Notes: generated by a model from the sequence alone, not told the origin. A stretch of 64,000 bases of DNA from an uncultured Actinomycetes bacterium (GCA_963733255.1 CAVTCH010000019.1:303791-367790), one strand, 5' to 3'. Numbered from the stretch's first letter, positions 41,033-54,775 are shown. Translations and numbers: made by a program.

Positions 41033-41902
41033 TCAGCCCCGGCTCATGTCGCGATGGCGCACCGTCGTCTGAAAGCCTTCGGCGGCGTAGCGGTCGGCCA
41101 GCCAGCTCGCGATCGTCACCGAACGGTGGCGGCCGCCGGTGCAGCCGATGCCGATCGTGAGGTGCGCCTTGCCTTCGGCCACATAGCGCGGGAACAGGTA
41201 ATCGAGCAGGGGCAGCAGCGCGGCGAAGAACTCGTCGGCGTCGACCGACTTCAGCACGTACTCGCGGACCTCAGGGTCGAGCCCGCTGAGCGGTCGCAGA
41301 TCGAGGTCGTAGAACGGGTTCGGCAGGAAGCGCACGTCGAACAGCAGGTCGGCGTCGATCGGAATGCCGTACTTGTAGCCGAACGAGACGAAGCTGAAGG
41401 TGATGCTCTGCCGCTGCCCGCGGTGGATGATCTCCTCGTTCAACCAGAGCTTCAGCTCCTGGATCGTGACGCCGCTCGTGTCGATGATGTGGTTGGCGCG
41501 CTCGCGCAGGGCGTCGAGCAACTCGCGTTCACGCCTGATGCCGTCGAGTACGCTCTCGTGGGCCGCCAGCGGATGCCGGCGGCGGCTTTCCTTGAAGCGC
41601 GCCACGAGGACGTCGTCGGAGGCCTCGAGAAAGACCAGCGAGTACTCGACGCCGGACGCGCCGAGCTCGTCGAGCACGCGCTCGATCTCGGCGAAGTACT
41701 CGCCCCCGCGCACATCGCACACGACGGCTACGCGACGCACCTTGCTGCCCTCGACACGGAAGAGGTCGACGAGCGGCGACAGAAGCTGCGGCGGCAGGTT
41801 GTCGACACAGAAGTAGCCGGCATCCTCGAAGGCGTCGATGGCCTGAGTCTTGCCCGCGCCGGACAGCCCCGAGAGGATGACGAACGGGATGGTGGCGGTC
41901 AC
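41033..41902 (-). CDS. rapZ: RNase adapter RapZ (YvcJ)
   Basis: GLSGAGK, CVDNLP, RRRHPL, SFGYKYG, DVRFLPNP, GCTGGRHRS. Confidence 0.95.
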   Translation of the reverse strand: MTATIPFVILSGLSGAGKTQAIDAFEDAGYFCVDNLPPQLLSPLVDLFRVEGSKVRRVAVVCDVRGGEYFAEIERVLDELGASGVEYSLVFLEASDDVLVARFKESRRRHPLAAHESVLDGIRRERELLDALRERANHIIDTSGVTIQELKLWLNEEIIHRGQRQSITFSFVSFGYKYGIPIDADLLFDVRFLPNPFYDLDLRPLSGLDPEVREYVLKSVDADEFFAALLPLLDYLFPRYVAEGKAHLTIGIGCTGGRHRSVTIASWLADRYAAEGFQTTVRHRDMSRG

Positions 41903-42459
41903 CGGGATCCTCCGGTCGCGCCCTCGAGGGCCAGCAGCCGGGGCTTCCACGACGGGTCGTCGCCGTAGTTGCCCAGGCGGCCGTCGCTGCGCGTAACGCG
42001 GTGACAGGGCAGGATCACCGGCAGCTCGTTGCGCGCCATCACCGAGCCGGCGGCGCGCCAGGCGTGCGGGTGGCCGGCGTCGCGCGCCAGGTCACGGTAG
42101 CTGACCGTCCTGCCGTAGGGGACTCGGGCGAGCGCGCGCAGGATGTCGGCCTCGAACGTGGTGCAGCCGAGTTGCTCGAGATAGGCGTCGAGGTCGAGCG
42201 GGAACGACACGCGCTCTCCGTCGAAATAGCGCGAGAGCAGCGCGCACCAGCGCTCGTCGTCGAGCGCCGCCCCCGCCGGCGCGCGCCGCGACGGATCGGG
42301 GATCTCCAGCTCGACCGGCTGTCCGCCGGCCATCACCACGCGGCCCAGACCGTAGGGGGTCGAGTAGAACGCCTCACGGCGCGTCGCACCACCCGCTCCG
42401 CGGTCCATCTCGCGCCGTGCTCCGCGCGCGGCGTCGCCCGCGGTCGCGCTCCTGCTCAT
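41899..42459 (-). CDS. ogt: Methylated-DNA--protein-cysteine methyltransferase
   Basis: VPYGRTVSY, RAAG, active site PCHRV; start estimated. Confidence 0.9.
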   Translation of the reverse strand: MSRSATAGDAARGARREMDRGAGGATRREAFYSTPYGLGRVVMAGGQPVELEIPDPSRRAPAGAALDDERWCALLSRYFDGERVSFPLDLDAYLEQLGCTTFEADILRALARVPYGRTVSYRDLARDAGHPHAWRAAGSVMARNELPVILPCHRVTRSDGRLGNYGDDPSWKPRLLALEGATGGSR

Positions 42460-42604
42460 CTGCCACCTCTCGATCGTAGGGCCCGGCGCCGCCCGGTACA
42501 CTTCGTGCCGCGCGCGCCGGCGGCCTCACAGCGATTCGCCTTACACTGTTTCACTCTCCGACGGCGACGCCGTCACGCCGCTCCCCCCCGCGCTCGCGCC
42601 GGCG

Positions 42605-44488
42605 TCAGCCCGCCTTGTGCAGGTGCGCGTAGATCTCACGCGCCACCCGCCGCGGCAAGCCCGGCACCTGCTCGATCTCGTCGCGCGAGGCGGCGATGAA
42701 GCGTTCCGGGCTGCCGAAATGGGTCAGGATCGCCCGCCGCCGCACTGGTCCGACCTTGGGCAACTCGTCGAAGATCGACGCCCTGCGCAGATCGGTCCCG
42801 CGCCGCTGCCGATGAAAGGTTACTGCAAAGCGGTGGGCCTCGTCGCGTATGCGCTGCAGAAGCAGCGACGCCGGATCGTCGGCCGGCAGCGACAGCGGCG
42901 CCGAGCGCCCCGGTACGAAGACCTCCTCGCGCTGCTTGGCCAGGCCGATGGCGGCAACCTCGGTCGCGCTCTCCCGCAGTGCCTGGAGCGCCGCGGCGAG
43001 CTGCCCCTTGCCGCCGTCTATCACGATCAGGCTCGGACGGCTGGCGAAGCTTTCGTCGTAGCCGGCTTCGGCCGCCTCTGACGACGAGCCGCCGGCGAGT
43101 CGCCGGAAGCGGCGTCCGACCATCTCGTGGATCATGGCGAAGTCGTCCTGGCCTTCGACCGAGCGGATGGCGAACTTGCGATAGTGGGCCTTGCGCGGTC
43201 GGCCGTCCTCGAAGACCACCATCGAGCCGACGGCGTGCTGGTCGCCCAGGTTGGAGATGTCGTAGCACTCGATGCGCAGCGGCAGCTCGCTCATCCCCAG
43301 GGCGTCACGCAGGCGCACCAGCGCGGCCTCGCGGGACTCGCGGGTGCGGGCGAGGCGCGCCTCTTCCTCGTGAGCCGCCTGCGCGGCGTTGTCCTGGGCC
43401 ATCGCCAGCAGCCGGCGCTTGGGACCGCGCAGCGCCGGGCGCACCTCGACGCGCGCCCCCCGCCGCGCCGACAGCACGGTCGCAAGCTCACCGGCGGCGC
43501 TCGCGAGCGGCGCGATCACTTGCGCCGGTATCGTCACGCCGTCGCCGTAGTAGCCCAGCGCGAACTCCTCGACGAGCTCGCCCGCGTCGCGACCGGCGGT
43601 GTTCTCGACGAAGAAGGTCTGGCGCGAGACCAGCGCCCCGTCACGCACGCGGAACACCTGCAGGTTGCCACCGGGGTCGCCCTGCCACAGTCCCAGCACA
43701 TCGAACGAGCCCGAGCCCTCGTGCTCGACCGCCTGACGCTCCTGCACGTGGTGGATCGCTTCGAGCCGATCGCGCAGCAGAGCCGCCTTCTCGAACTCGC
43801 GGGCCGTCGCGGCCACGCGCATCTCCTGCTCGATGTCGCGGCCGACGTCGGTCAGCCGGCCGCGAAGAAAGGCGACGACCTGGTCGATCACCTCGAGATA
43901 GTCGTCGCGCGAGACGCGTTCGTCGCACGCGCCCAGCGAGCGCCCGATCGCGTACTGAAGGCAGGGAGCGCCGCTCGGCCGGCCGGGCTTCTGCCCCTTG
44001 CACTTGCGGTACGGGAAGATGCGGCCGATCAGCTCGAGTGTCTCACGGACCTTGCGGGCGCTGGAGAAGGGGCCGAAGTACAGGTTGCCGGGCAGGTGGC
44101 GCCCGCGAAAGAAGCGCACCCGCGGCCACTCGTCGTTCAAGGTGATCTCGATGAACGGGTAGCTCTTGTCGTCGCGCAGGCGCAGGTTGAACGGCGGCCG
44201 TGCCTCCTTGATGAAGTTGTCCTCGAGCAGCAAGGCTTCGGTCTCGGACGCCGTCACGACGTACTCGATCGTGCGCGCCCGGGACACCATCTCGGCGATG
44301 TGGCCGCCCGGAGCCGCGGCACCGCCCCGAAAGTACGACGCGAGCCGCTTGCGCAGGTCCTTCGCCTTGCCAACGTAGAGCACGCCGCCGTCGGCATCGA
44401 GCCAGCGGTAGACGCCGGGCGCCGTCGGCGCCCGGCGGGCCGTCTCGCGCAGTGCGACGACCGGATCGTCGTGTCGTTCGTCGTTCAT
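42605..44488 (-). CDS. uvrC: Excinuclease ABC subunit C
   Basis: GIY-YIG PGVY...YVGKAK, RIECYDIS, IDGGKGQ, RDEAHRFA, HhH. Confidence 0.97.
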   Translation of the reverse strand: MNDERHDDPVVALRETARRAPTAPGVYRWLDADGGVLYVGKAKDLRKRLASYFRGGAAAPGGHIAEMVSRARTIEYVVTASETEALLLEDNFIKEARPPFNLRLRDDKSYPFIEITLNDEWPRVRFFRGRHLPGNLYFGPFSSARKVRETLELIGRIFPYRKCKGQKPGRPSGAPCLQYAIGRSLGACDERVSRDDYLEVIDQVVAFLRGRLTDVGRDIEQEMRVAATAREFEKAALLRDRLEAIHHVQERQAVEHEGSGSFDVLGLWQGDPGGNLQVFRVRDGALVSRQTFFVENTAGRDAGELVEEFALGYYGDGVTIPAQVIAPLASAAGELATVLSARRGARVEVRPALRGPKRRLLAMAQDNAAQAAHEEEARLARTRESREAALVRLRDALGMSELPLRIECYDISNLGDQHAVGSMVVFEDGRPRKAHYRKFAIRSVEGQDDFAMIHEMVGRRFRRLAGGSSSEAAEAGYDESFASRPSLIVIDGGKGQLAAALQALRESATEVAAIGLAKQREEVFVPGRSAPLSLPADDPASLLLQRIRDEAHRFAVTFHRQRRGTDLRRASIFDELPKVGPVRRRAILTHFGSPERFIAASRDEIEQVPGLPRRVAREIYAHLHKAG

Positions 44489-44532
44489 GTCACCGTCGAT
44501 TATCGCACCACCCGAGCCGCGGCATTCGGACT

Positions 44533-44560
44533 CTCGGCTTCAGACCCTCGGCTTCAGACC
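44533..44560. repeat. 14-bp perfect tandem direct repeat in a divergent promoter region
   Basis: CTCGGCTTCAGACC x2. Confidence 0.8.
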
Positions 44561-44750
44561 CTTTGCCTGCGGAGCCCCTGGCAGCCCGACCCTCGCTCGC
44601 GCCGGTTCCTCATAGGTTGCTTAGTACCATCGGGTATCTAAACGCATGTCCCATGGAGAAACGCCCCCGCACACACCGATGATAGGCAAGGAACGGATGC
44701 AGGAGATGGGCGGACGGCTCGAGCCGTCCCACCCACTGGTGGAGGTCGGT

Positions 44751-47700
44751 ATGGCTCAGGTGCGCACCCTGAAAGAGCGTTTCATCACCACGATCATCGT
44801 CGCCGCCGTGGTGATCACGGCGGCTATCTGGAGCGGCGTGGCGCTGGCGGCGACTCCGGGGCCGGTCCCCGGACTGGTCTCGACGACCCATCCCGACCCC
44901 TCGCTGTGGTATCAGTCGGTCAGTCCGGCGTTCACGTGGAGCGCGGCCCAGGAATCGGGCGGCACGATCGCCGGCTATTCGTTCGCGCTCGACCGCAGCG
45001 CAGGAACCTTGCCCTCGGTGTCGGGCGGCACGAGCCCCCTCTCGTTCTCGGCGGCCTCCACCTACGCGGTCGGCTCGAGCCCGGCCGAAGACCGGGTCGC
45101 CGATCTGGCCGGCAACGGCATTCAGGATATCGTCGTCGAGAACTCCGCCTCCAACACGGTGAGCGTGCTGATGGGCAAGGGCGACGGCACGTTCAAGACG
45201 GCCGTCAGCTACGCGACCGGGGCCAACCCCTGGTCGCTCGAGATCGGCGACGTGAACGCCGACGGCAAGCTCGACATCGTGACCTGCAACGAATCGGACA
45301 GCACGGTGAGCGTGCTGCTGGGCAACGGCGACGGCACGTTCAGGACCGCCGTCAACTACTCGACCGGCACCGACACCAACCCGGAGTGCATGCGCCTCGC
45401 CGATCTGAACGGCGACGGCCGGCTCGACATCGTCACGGCCAACGCCTCCGCGGCCAGCAACAACATCAGCGTGCTGCAGAATCGGGGCAACGGCACGTTC
45501 GGTGCGCCCGCGACCTTCGCCACCGCGACCCACCCGACCTCGATCGCCGTCGGCGACCTGAACGGCGACGGCAAGCAGGACATCGTCACGGCCAACTACG
45601 CCAGCAACAACGTCAGCGTGCTGCTCGGCAAGGGCGACGGTACGTTCCAGACGGCGGTCAACTACGCCTGCGGGGCCGAGCCCGAGACGGTCGTCGTCGC
45701 CGACTTGAACGGCGACGGCCACTCCGACATCGAGACGGTCAACTACAGCCCCAGCTCACTCAGCGTCCTCCTGAACAAGGGTGACGGCACCTTCGGCGGC
45801 CATGTCGACTACAACACGGGCTCCGGCCCCTATTCGCTCGACGTCGCCGACGTGAACCACGACGGCGTCCCCGACATCGTCACCACGAACCACGTCGCCA
45901 ACACCGTGAGCGTGCTTCTGGGCAACGGCAACGGCACCTTCGCCGCCCATGTGGACTACGCCACCGGTAAGGGTCCTTTCTGGGTGGCGCTAGGCGACTT
46001 CAACAGCGACGGCTTCGGCGACATCGCCGTCACCAACGAGACCGACGGCACGACCAGCGTGTTGCTCGGCAGCGAGTACTTCAGGTCCGCGTCGTCGACC
46101 CTGGCCGCTTCCTTCACGGGCAAGGCCGACGGCATCTGGTACTTCCACGTGCGCGCCGTCGACAGCAACGGGGTGGGCGGCGCGACCGCCACGATCGCGG
46201 TGCGCATCGACACGACGACCCCCACGACGTCGGCCCCCGGACTGCAGACCGCCAGCAACGGCGCCTGGACCAACGACCCGACGGTCACGCTCTCGCCCAG
46301 CGACTCGGGCTCAGGAGTCCAGACGACTTATTACACGATCGGCGGCGGCGGCCAGCAGATCTACAGCAGACCGTTCACCGTGGCCACTGACGGCAGCACC
46401 ACGGTCACCTACTGGTCGGTCGACGCGGCCGGCAACATCGAGAGCACCCACACCGGCTACCTGAACCTCGACACCACGGCGCCGGTCACCACAGCCGGCG
46501 GCCTGAACACCACGAACACGACCGGCTGGACCAAGACGACGCCCGTCACTGTGAGCCTGACGGCCGCCGATACGGGCGGCTCGGGCCCGGCGACCACCCG
46601 CTACCGCCTCGGCTCCAGCGGCGCCTTCAGCACCTACAACGGCTCCTTCACCGTCTCGACAGAGGGTTCCACCGAGATCGACTACTACTCGACCGACGCC
46701 GCCGGCAACGTGGAGAGCACCCACGTCGGCTACGTGAACATCGACACCACAGCTCCCGTCACCGCGGCCCCCAGCCTGGCAGCCGACCCGGCGAGCGGCT
46801 GGTCGAACACCAGCCCGGTGACGGTCACCCTTGCGCCGAGCGACTCGGGGTCGGGCCCGGCGGCCACCTGCTACCGCCTGGGCTCCAGCGGCGCCTTCAC
46901 CAGCTACAGCGGCCCCTTCACCGTCTCGACAGAGGGTTCCACCGAGATCGACTACTACTCGACCGACGCCGCCGGCAACGTGGAGAGCACCCACGTCGGC
47001 TACGTGAACATCGACACCACCGCGCCCGTCACTGCCGAGACGGGCGCCGACGGCGACTGGCACACCGCCGCGGTGACCGTCGACTTCACGGCAGATGACG
47101 GCGGTGGCAGCGGGGTGTCCGCCACCGAGTATCGGGTCGACCCGGCAGACGACAGCGCCCCCTGGACGAGCGGCGCCTCGGCGACGATCGAGGCTCCGCA
47201 GGGCGGCGGCAACGACGGCGTCCATACGGTCGAGTACCGCTCGACCGACGTGGCCGGCAACACCGAGGCCTACAAGACGTGCACCGTCAAGATCGACACG
47301 ACGGCGCCGGTGACGCTCGACAACGCCGGCACCTCGTGGCACGCGGTGCCGTTCATGCTCGAGCTCACGGCGCACGACGTGGCCGGCACCACGACGCAGT
47401 ACAGCCTGGGCGACGACTCGCACTGGCAGACCGGCACGACCGTGGCCTTCAGCACCGCCTGGAAGCGCGGCGGCGGCAGCGGATCGTACACCGTCTACTA
47501 CCGCTCGACCGACGACGCCGGTCTGGTCGAAGCGGAGCATCATGTGACCGTCCTGATCGACACGTCGCGCCCGATCACCACCGACGACGCGCCCAGCGGA
47601 CCGCAGGCGACCGACGTGACCGTGCACCTGACCGCCACCGACACCTGGTCGGGCGTGGCGCAGACCTGCTACCAGATCGACGGTGGCGACTGGACGCAGG

Positions 47701-47837
47701 GCACGTCGGTGCTGATCCCAGCTCTGGCCGCTCACGCCAACGACGGGCTCCACACCATCAGGTACTACTCGGTCGACAACGCCGGCAACACTGAGGCGGG
47801 CTACCGGGTGTGCACGGTGCGGATCGTCACGCCGTAG
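44751..47837 (+). CDS. Secreted FG-GAP/VCBS-repeat beta-propeller protein with tandem Ig-like (DTTAP) domains
   Basis: Signal peptide (..GVALA); 7 D(L/V/F)NxDGxxDI-type repeats each followed by an SVLL..GDGTF-type segment; six ~90-aa repeats ending in Y(Y/W/R)S(T/V)DxAGN-like motifs; ATG 44751 with GGAGG. Confidence 0.88.
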   Translation: MAQVRTLKERFITTIIVAAVVITAAIWSGVALAATPGPVPGLVSTTHPDPSLWYQSVSPAFTWSAAQESGGTIAGYSFALDRSAGTLPSVSGGTSPLSFSAASTYAVGSSPAEDRVADLAGNGIQDIVVENSASNTVSVLMGKGDGTFKTAVSYATGANPWSLEIGDVNADGKLDIVTCNESDSTVSVLLGNGDGTFRTAVNYSTGTDTNPECMRLADLNGDGRLDIVTANASAASNNISVLQNRGNGTFGAPATFATATHPTSIAVGDLNGDGKQDIVTANYASNNVSVLLGKGDGTFQTAVNYACGAEPETVVVADLNGDGHSDIETVNYSPSSLSVLLNKGDGTFGGHVDYNTGSGPYSLDVADVNHDGVPDIVTTNHVANTVSVLLGNGNGTFAAHVDYATGKGPFWVALGDFNSDGFGDIAVTNETDGTTSVLLGSEYFRSASSTLAASFTGKADGIWYFHVRAVDSNGVGGATATIAVRIDTTTPTTSAPGLQTASNGAWTNDPTVTLSPSDSGSGVQTTYYTIGGGGQQIYSRPFTVATDGSTTVTYWSVDAAGNIESTHTGYLNLDTTAPVTTAGGLNTTNTTGWTKTTPVTVSLTAADTGGSGPATTRYRLGSSGAFSTYNGSFTVSTEGSTEIDYYSTDAAGNVESTHVGYVNIDTTAPVTAAPSLAADPASGWSNTSPVTVTLAPSDSGSGPAATCYRLGSSGAFTSYSGPFTVSTEGSTEIDYYSTDAAGNVESTHVGYVNIDTTAPVTAETGADGDWHTAAVTVDFTADDGGGSGVSATEYRVDPADDSAPWTSGASATIEAPQGGGNDGVHTVEYRSTDVAGNTEAYKTCTVKIDTTAPVTLDNAGTSWHAVPFMLELTAHDVAGTTTQYSLGDDSHWQTGTTVAFSTAWKRGGGSGSYTVYYRSTDDAGLVEAEHHVTVLIDTSRPITTDDAPSGPQATDVTVHLTATDTWSGVAQTCYQIDGGDWTQGTSVLIPALAAHANDGLHTIRYYSVDNAGNTEAGYRVCTVRIVTP
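46645..47020 (+). repeat. Intragenic duplication with 270-bp period and 106 bp identical
   Basis: 46645-46750 is identical to 46915-47020; flanks are similar. Confidence 0.9.
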
Positions 47838-47843
47838 CGCGGG

Positions 47844-50771
<2,928 letters not shown>

Positions 50772-50788
50772 GCGACTCCTTTCGGTGG

Positions 50789-51418
50789 TCAGTCCAGTAG
50801 CAGGAGGCCGGTCCAGACAGGCCGGTCGGTGGCCGGCATCTGCACCGGCAGCCCGGCCGCGGCGGCCGTCGCCAGGACGTCGATGCCCACCGCCTCCATG
50901 GAGGGCCGGGCCTGGAACGGCTTGCGGCACGGTGCGGTGGTCGATGTGCCCGCCTCGGCGGCGACGCAAGCCTCGCAGAGACGACATTCGCCGCCGCCGA
51001 AGCCGGCGGCGAAGGCGCAGCCGGCGGTCAGGGCTTGGGCTTCGAGCGCCGTGAGGACGGCGTCGAGGCCGTTCTGGCTTGCGGCCAGCACACCCTGGTA
51101 GCCGGAGTCGGCGGTGAGCTCGTCGAGACTCTTGGCGCCGTAGCGGTGAGCGATGTCGGCCGCGGTCAGCGGGATGGCCTGCTGCACGACGATGGCGACG
51201 GTGTAGCGGCTCAGAGTGGCGGCGAACTCGGCGGCCGTGAGCACGAACGGCGGACACATGAGGTTGCGGCCGTAGCCCGTGCACAGCGGCACGCGGCACT
51301 TGAGCGTGACCCGCGGGTCGACGACCACCGCGCGCGCCGGCAGCGGGCGCGCCGCCTGGGCGCCGAGCTCGAGCGCGCGTTCGCAGAGCGCCCGCGACTG
51401 CTGCTCGGATCCGATCAT
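50789..51418 (-). CDS. DUF2284 Cys-rich putative metal-binding protein
   Basis: [46 protein letters not shown]. Confidence 0.85.
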   Translation of the reverse strand: MIGSEQQSRALCERALELGAQAARPLPARAVVVDPRVTLKCRVPLCTGYGRNLMCPPFVLTAAEFAATLSRYTVAIVVQQAIPLTAADIAHRYGAKSLDELTADSGYQGVLAASQNGLDAVLTALEAQALTAGCAFAAGFGGGECRLCEACVAAEAGTSTTAPCRKPFQARPSMEAVGIDVLATAAAAGLPVQMPATDRPVWTGLLLLD

Positions 51419-51470
51419 GGTGTCTCCCCTGTCGTGAACGACCGCTGCGGCCCGCTGTCGGCAGGCCGCG

Positions 51471-53489
51471 TCAGGCCACCGTCGCCTGCCGCCGCCCCAG
51501 CTCGCGCGACAGCTCCCTGATCTCGTCGCGCAGCTTGGCGGCATATTCGAACTTGAGCTGGTCGGCGGCCGCGAACATCTCGGCTTCGAGGTTGGCGATG
51601 AGCCGCTCGAGGTCGGCGGCCGGCATGGCCGCGCCCTCGCCGACCGCCTTGAGCCCCCGACGCCGCCCCTTGGCGGGCACGGCCGCCTGCTGCGAACTCA
51701 TCTGGGCGATGTCGGTGACCCCTTTGACGATACTGCGCGGCGTGATGCCGTGCTCCTCATTGTAGGCCGTCTGGCGCCGGCGACGGCGGTTGGTCTCGTC
51801 GATCGCAGCCCGCATGGCGGCCGTCTCGCGGTCGGCGTACATGATGACCGTGCCGTGCACGTTGCGCGCGGCCCGGCCGATCGTCTGGATGAGGCTGGTC
51901 TGGCCGCGCAGAAAGCCCTCTTTGTCGGCGTCGAGGATGGCCACCAGCGTGACTTCGGGCATGTCGAGCCCCTCGCGCAGCAGGTTGATGCCCACCAGGA
52001 TGTCGAACTCGCCCAGGCGCAGGTCGCGCACGATCGCGAGACGATCGAGCGTGTCGATCTCGCTGTGCAGGTAGCGCACCCTGAAGCCGTTCTCGATCAG
52101 GTAGTCGGTGAGGTCTTCGGACATGCGCTTGGTGAGGGTGGTGATCAGCACGCGCTCGTCGCGAGCGATGCGCTGGCGCGCCTCGTTCATGAGGTCGTCG
52201 ATCTGGCCCGCCGTGGGGCGCACCTCGACGGCCGGGTCGATGAGCCCCGTCGGGCGGATGATCTGCTCTGCGATGTTCAAGCTCTCGCGCATCTCGAACT
52301 GCCCGGGCGTGGCGCTGACGAAGATGATCTGCGGCACCTTGGCGACGAACTCGTCGAAGCGCAGCGGCCGGTTGTCGAGGGCGCTCGGCAGCCGAAAGCC
52401 GTAGTCGACCAGCGTCTGCTTACGCGAGCGGTCGCCTTCGTACATGCCGTAGATCTGCGGCACCGTCATGTGCGACTCGTCGATGAAGACGAGAAAGTCG
52501 GGGGGAAAGAAGTCGAGCAGGCAGTTGGGCGTGGCTCCGGGCTGCTTGCCGAGCAGGATGCGCGAGTAGTTCTCGATGCCGTTGCAGAAGCCCATCTCGC
52601 GCAGCATCTCCATGTCGTAGTGGGTACGCTGCCGCAGCCGATGGGCTTCGAGGACCTTGTCGTGCTCCTCGAACCAGGCGCACCGTTCGTCGAGCTCGCG
52701 CTTGATCTCGACGAGCGCCCGCTCGACCGCCGGCGGGCTCGTGACGAAGTGCGTCGCGGGGTAGATCGCGACGTACGGCGGCTTGTCTAAGACCTCGCCG
52801 CTGACCGGATCGATGCGGGTGAGGGCTTCGATCTCGTCGCCCCACAGTTCGACGCGGACGACCGTGTCCTGGTCGGCCGGCCAGAGCTCGAACGAGTCGC
52901 CGCGCACGCGGAACTTGCCGCGCGCCGGTTCGTAGTCGTTGCGCTGGTACTGGATGTCGACCAGCTTGCGCAGGACGGCGTCGCGGTCGATGTGGTCGCC
53001 CGTTCGCAGCAGGACCACGCTCTGCAGGTAGTCGTCGGGCGAGCCCAGGCCGAAGATGCAGCTCACGCTCGCCACGATGACCGTGTCGCGCCGCATGAGC
53101 AAAGCGTTGGTGGCGGCGTGACGCAGCCGGTCGATCTCGTCGTTGATGGACGAGTCCTTCTCGATGTAGAGGTCTTGCTGCGGGACGTAGGCTTCGGGCT
53201 GGTAGTAGTCGTAGTAGCTCACGAAATACTCGACCGCGCTGTCGGGCAGGAACTCGCGGAACTCGTTGCAGAGCTGCGCCGCCAGCGTCTTGTTGTGAGC
53301 GATGACGAGCGTGGGCTTGCGCGACTGGGCGATGACGTTTGCCATGGTGAAGGTCTTGCCGGAGCCCGTGACTCCCAAGAGCGTCTGGTAGCGGTCGCCA
53401 CGCGTGACGCCCTGGACGAGGCTGTCGACGGCCTGCGGCTGGTCGCCGGTGAGGTCGTAGGTCGAAGTGAGCTGGAAGGTGTCCGTCAT
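51471..53489 (-). CDS. uvrB: Excinuclease ABC subunit B
   Basis: [43 protein letters not shown] domain. Confidence 0.97.
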   Translation of the reverse strand: MTDTFQLTSTYDLTGDQPQAVDSLVQGVTRGDRYQTLLGVTGSGKTFTMANVIAQSRKPTLVIAHNKTLAAQLCNEFREFLPDSAVEYFVSYYDYYQPEAYVPQQDLYIEKDSSINDEIDRLRHAATNALLMRRDTVIVASVSCIFGLGSPDDYLQSVVLLRTGDHIDRDAVLRKLVDIQYQRNDYEPARGKFRVRGDSFELWPADQDTVVRVELWGDEIEALTRIDPVSGEVLDKPPYVAIYPATHFVTSPPAVERALVEIKRELDERCAWFEEHDKVLEAHRLRQRTHYDMEMLREMGFCNGIENYSRILLGKQPGATPNCLLDFFPPDFLVFIDESHMTVPQIYGMYEGDRSRKQTLVDYGFRLPSALDNRPLRFDEFVAKVPQIIFVSATPGQFEMRESLNIAEQIIRPTGLIDPAVEVRPTAGQIDDLMNEARQRIARDERVLITTLTKRMSEDLTDYLIENGFRVRYLHSEIDTLDRLAIVRDLRLGEFDILVGINLLREGLDMPEVTLVAILDADKEGFLRGQTSLIQTIGRAARNVHGTVIMYADRETAAMRAAIDETNRRRRRQTAYNEEHGITPRSIVKGVTDIAQMSSQQAAVPAKGRRRGLKAVGEGAAMPAADLERLIANLEAEMFAAADQLKFEYAAKLRDEIRELSRELGRRQATVA

Positions 53490-53511
53490 GGTGTCAGCGA
53501 TCGTAGCAGAG

Positions 53512-53525
53512 CGAACATATGTTCG
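53512..53525. promoter_or_regulatory. LexA/SOS box (Gram-positive GAAC-N4-GTTC type) in the uvrB promoter
   Basis: Perfect palindrome CGAACATATGTTCG overlapping the -35 of minus-strand TTGCGA-N17-TACGAT. Confidence 0.9.
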
Positions 53526-53532
53526 CAACGCC

Positions 53533-54153
53533 TCATTTGTGGGGCGCCGGGCCGAGCTCCTGCCCGTAGGCCCGCCGGTAGAGCTTTCGCAGGGCCAGCA
53601 CGCGGGTCACGTAGTCGCGCGTCTCGGTGAAGGGGATGTCCTGCGGAGTGAGCTTCCCCCCTGTGGTCGTCAACCACGCATCGACGTTGCTCTGGCCGGC
53701 GTTGTAGGCCGCCACCGCCATGGTCACCGAACCGTGATAGTGGTCGAGGAGCTGGCGCAGGTAGTAGCAGCCGTAGAGGATGTTGACCCGGGCATCCACC
53801 AGGTCGGAGGCGACGAACGCGGTGCCCCCCGTCGTGCGGGCGATGTCCTGTGCCGTCGAAGGCAGGACCTGCATGAGCCCGACCGCGCCCTGGTGTGAGC
53901 TGACGTTGTCGCGAAAGCGGCTCTCTTCGTAGATGATCGCCGCCACGAGGGCGGGATCGAGCGCGTTCTTGCGAGCCGCCGCCCGGATGGCGTCGGTGTG
54001 CGAGAGCGGATACACGGCGCGCACGAACCAGCTCGGCTTGGTGACGGACAGCAGCCCCCAGGCGGCCGCCAGCGCGACCACGACGAGGCCGCCTATGAGC
54101 AGCGCGCGACGCAAGCGGTCAGTGCGCGGGGGGCGCCGCGGCGCGGCGGCCAC
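53533..54153 (-). CDS. Lytic transglycosylase (SLT domain) with N-terminal membrane anchor
   Basis: [25 protein letters not shown] motifs; start uncertain. Confidence 0.9.
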   Translation of the reverse strand: MAAAPRRPPRTDRLRRALLIGGLVVVALAAAWGLLSVTKPSWFVRAVYPLSHTDAIRAAARKNALDPALVAAIIYEESRFRDNVSSHQGAVGLMQVLPSTAQDIARTTGGTAFVASDLVDARVNILYGCYYLRQLLDHYHGSVTMAVAAYNAGQSNVDAWLTTTGGKLTPQDIPFTETRDYVTRVLALRKLYRRAYGQELGPAPHK

Positions 54154-54757
54154 CCTCCGCCAGGATCGAGGCGTAGACCTCGCCGACGAAGGCCTTGAGG
54201 CCGTCCCGCCCCCCCACGTTCTCGAACACGAAGTCGCTGCGTTCGGCCTTTTCGGGCTCGGGCAGCTGACGCGCGGCACGGCGTGCGAACTCGGAGGCCG
54301 TGACCTTCGCCGACAGCCGCTTGCGCCGGGCCCCTTCGGGCGCCGTGACGAGAAGGATGAAGTCGAACACGTCGGCCATGTCGGTCTCGAAGAGCAGCGG
54401 CACTTCGGCCACCAGGAGAGGCGGCTGCGGCCGGCGGGCCTCCTGCTGGCGCGCCCAGGTGTCGATCAGCCGTTTGACGTGCGGGTGCAGCAGGCTCTCG
54501 AGCCAGACGAGCTCGCCGGCGTCGTTGAAGACGACCTCGGCGAGCGCCGGCCGGTCGATCCGCTCGTCGTCTACGACCTCGCCGCCGAAGTGGCGCTCCA
54601 CCCGGTTGATGATGGCCTGCTCGGCGAGCAGATGGTGGACGAGCTCGTCGGCCGACACGACCTCGGCACCCAGCTCGGCAAGGTATGCCGTGGCGGTGGA
54701 CTTGCCCGAACCGATGCCGCCGGTCACACCCAGGCGAGGGATACGATGTACGGTCAT
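54119..54757 (-). CDS. coaE: Dephospho-CoA kinase
   Basis: GVTGGIGSGKST, IDRPALA..VF, LHP, EVPLLFE. Confidence 0.95.
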   Translation of the reverse strand: MTVHRIPRLGVTGGIGSGKSTATAYLAELGAEVVSADELVHHLLAEQAIINRVERHFGGEVVDDERIDRPALAEVVFNDAGELVWLESLLHPHVKRLIDTWARQQEARRPQPPLLVAEVPLLFETDMADVFDFILLVTAPEGARRKRLSAKVTASEFARRAARQLPEPEKAERSDFVFENVGGRDGLKAFVGEVYASILAEGGRRAAAPPAH

Positions 54758-54775
54758 TGCTCCACGATCATCCAG

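Noticed and set aside
44614-44682. SigB-type (GGTTG...GGGTAT) or sigma28-type (ACCGATGA) promoter for the FG-GAP gene
   Set aside because: Spacing is too short for SigB and the -35 match for sigma28 is poor.
46645-47020. Diversity-generating retroelement template/variable repeat pair
   Set aside because: Both copies are in-frame domains of one gene, the mismatches are not adenine-specific, and no reverse transcriptase is present.
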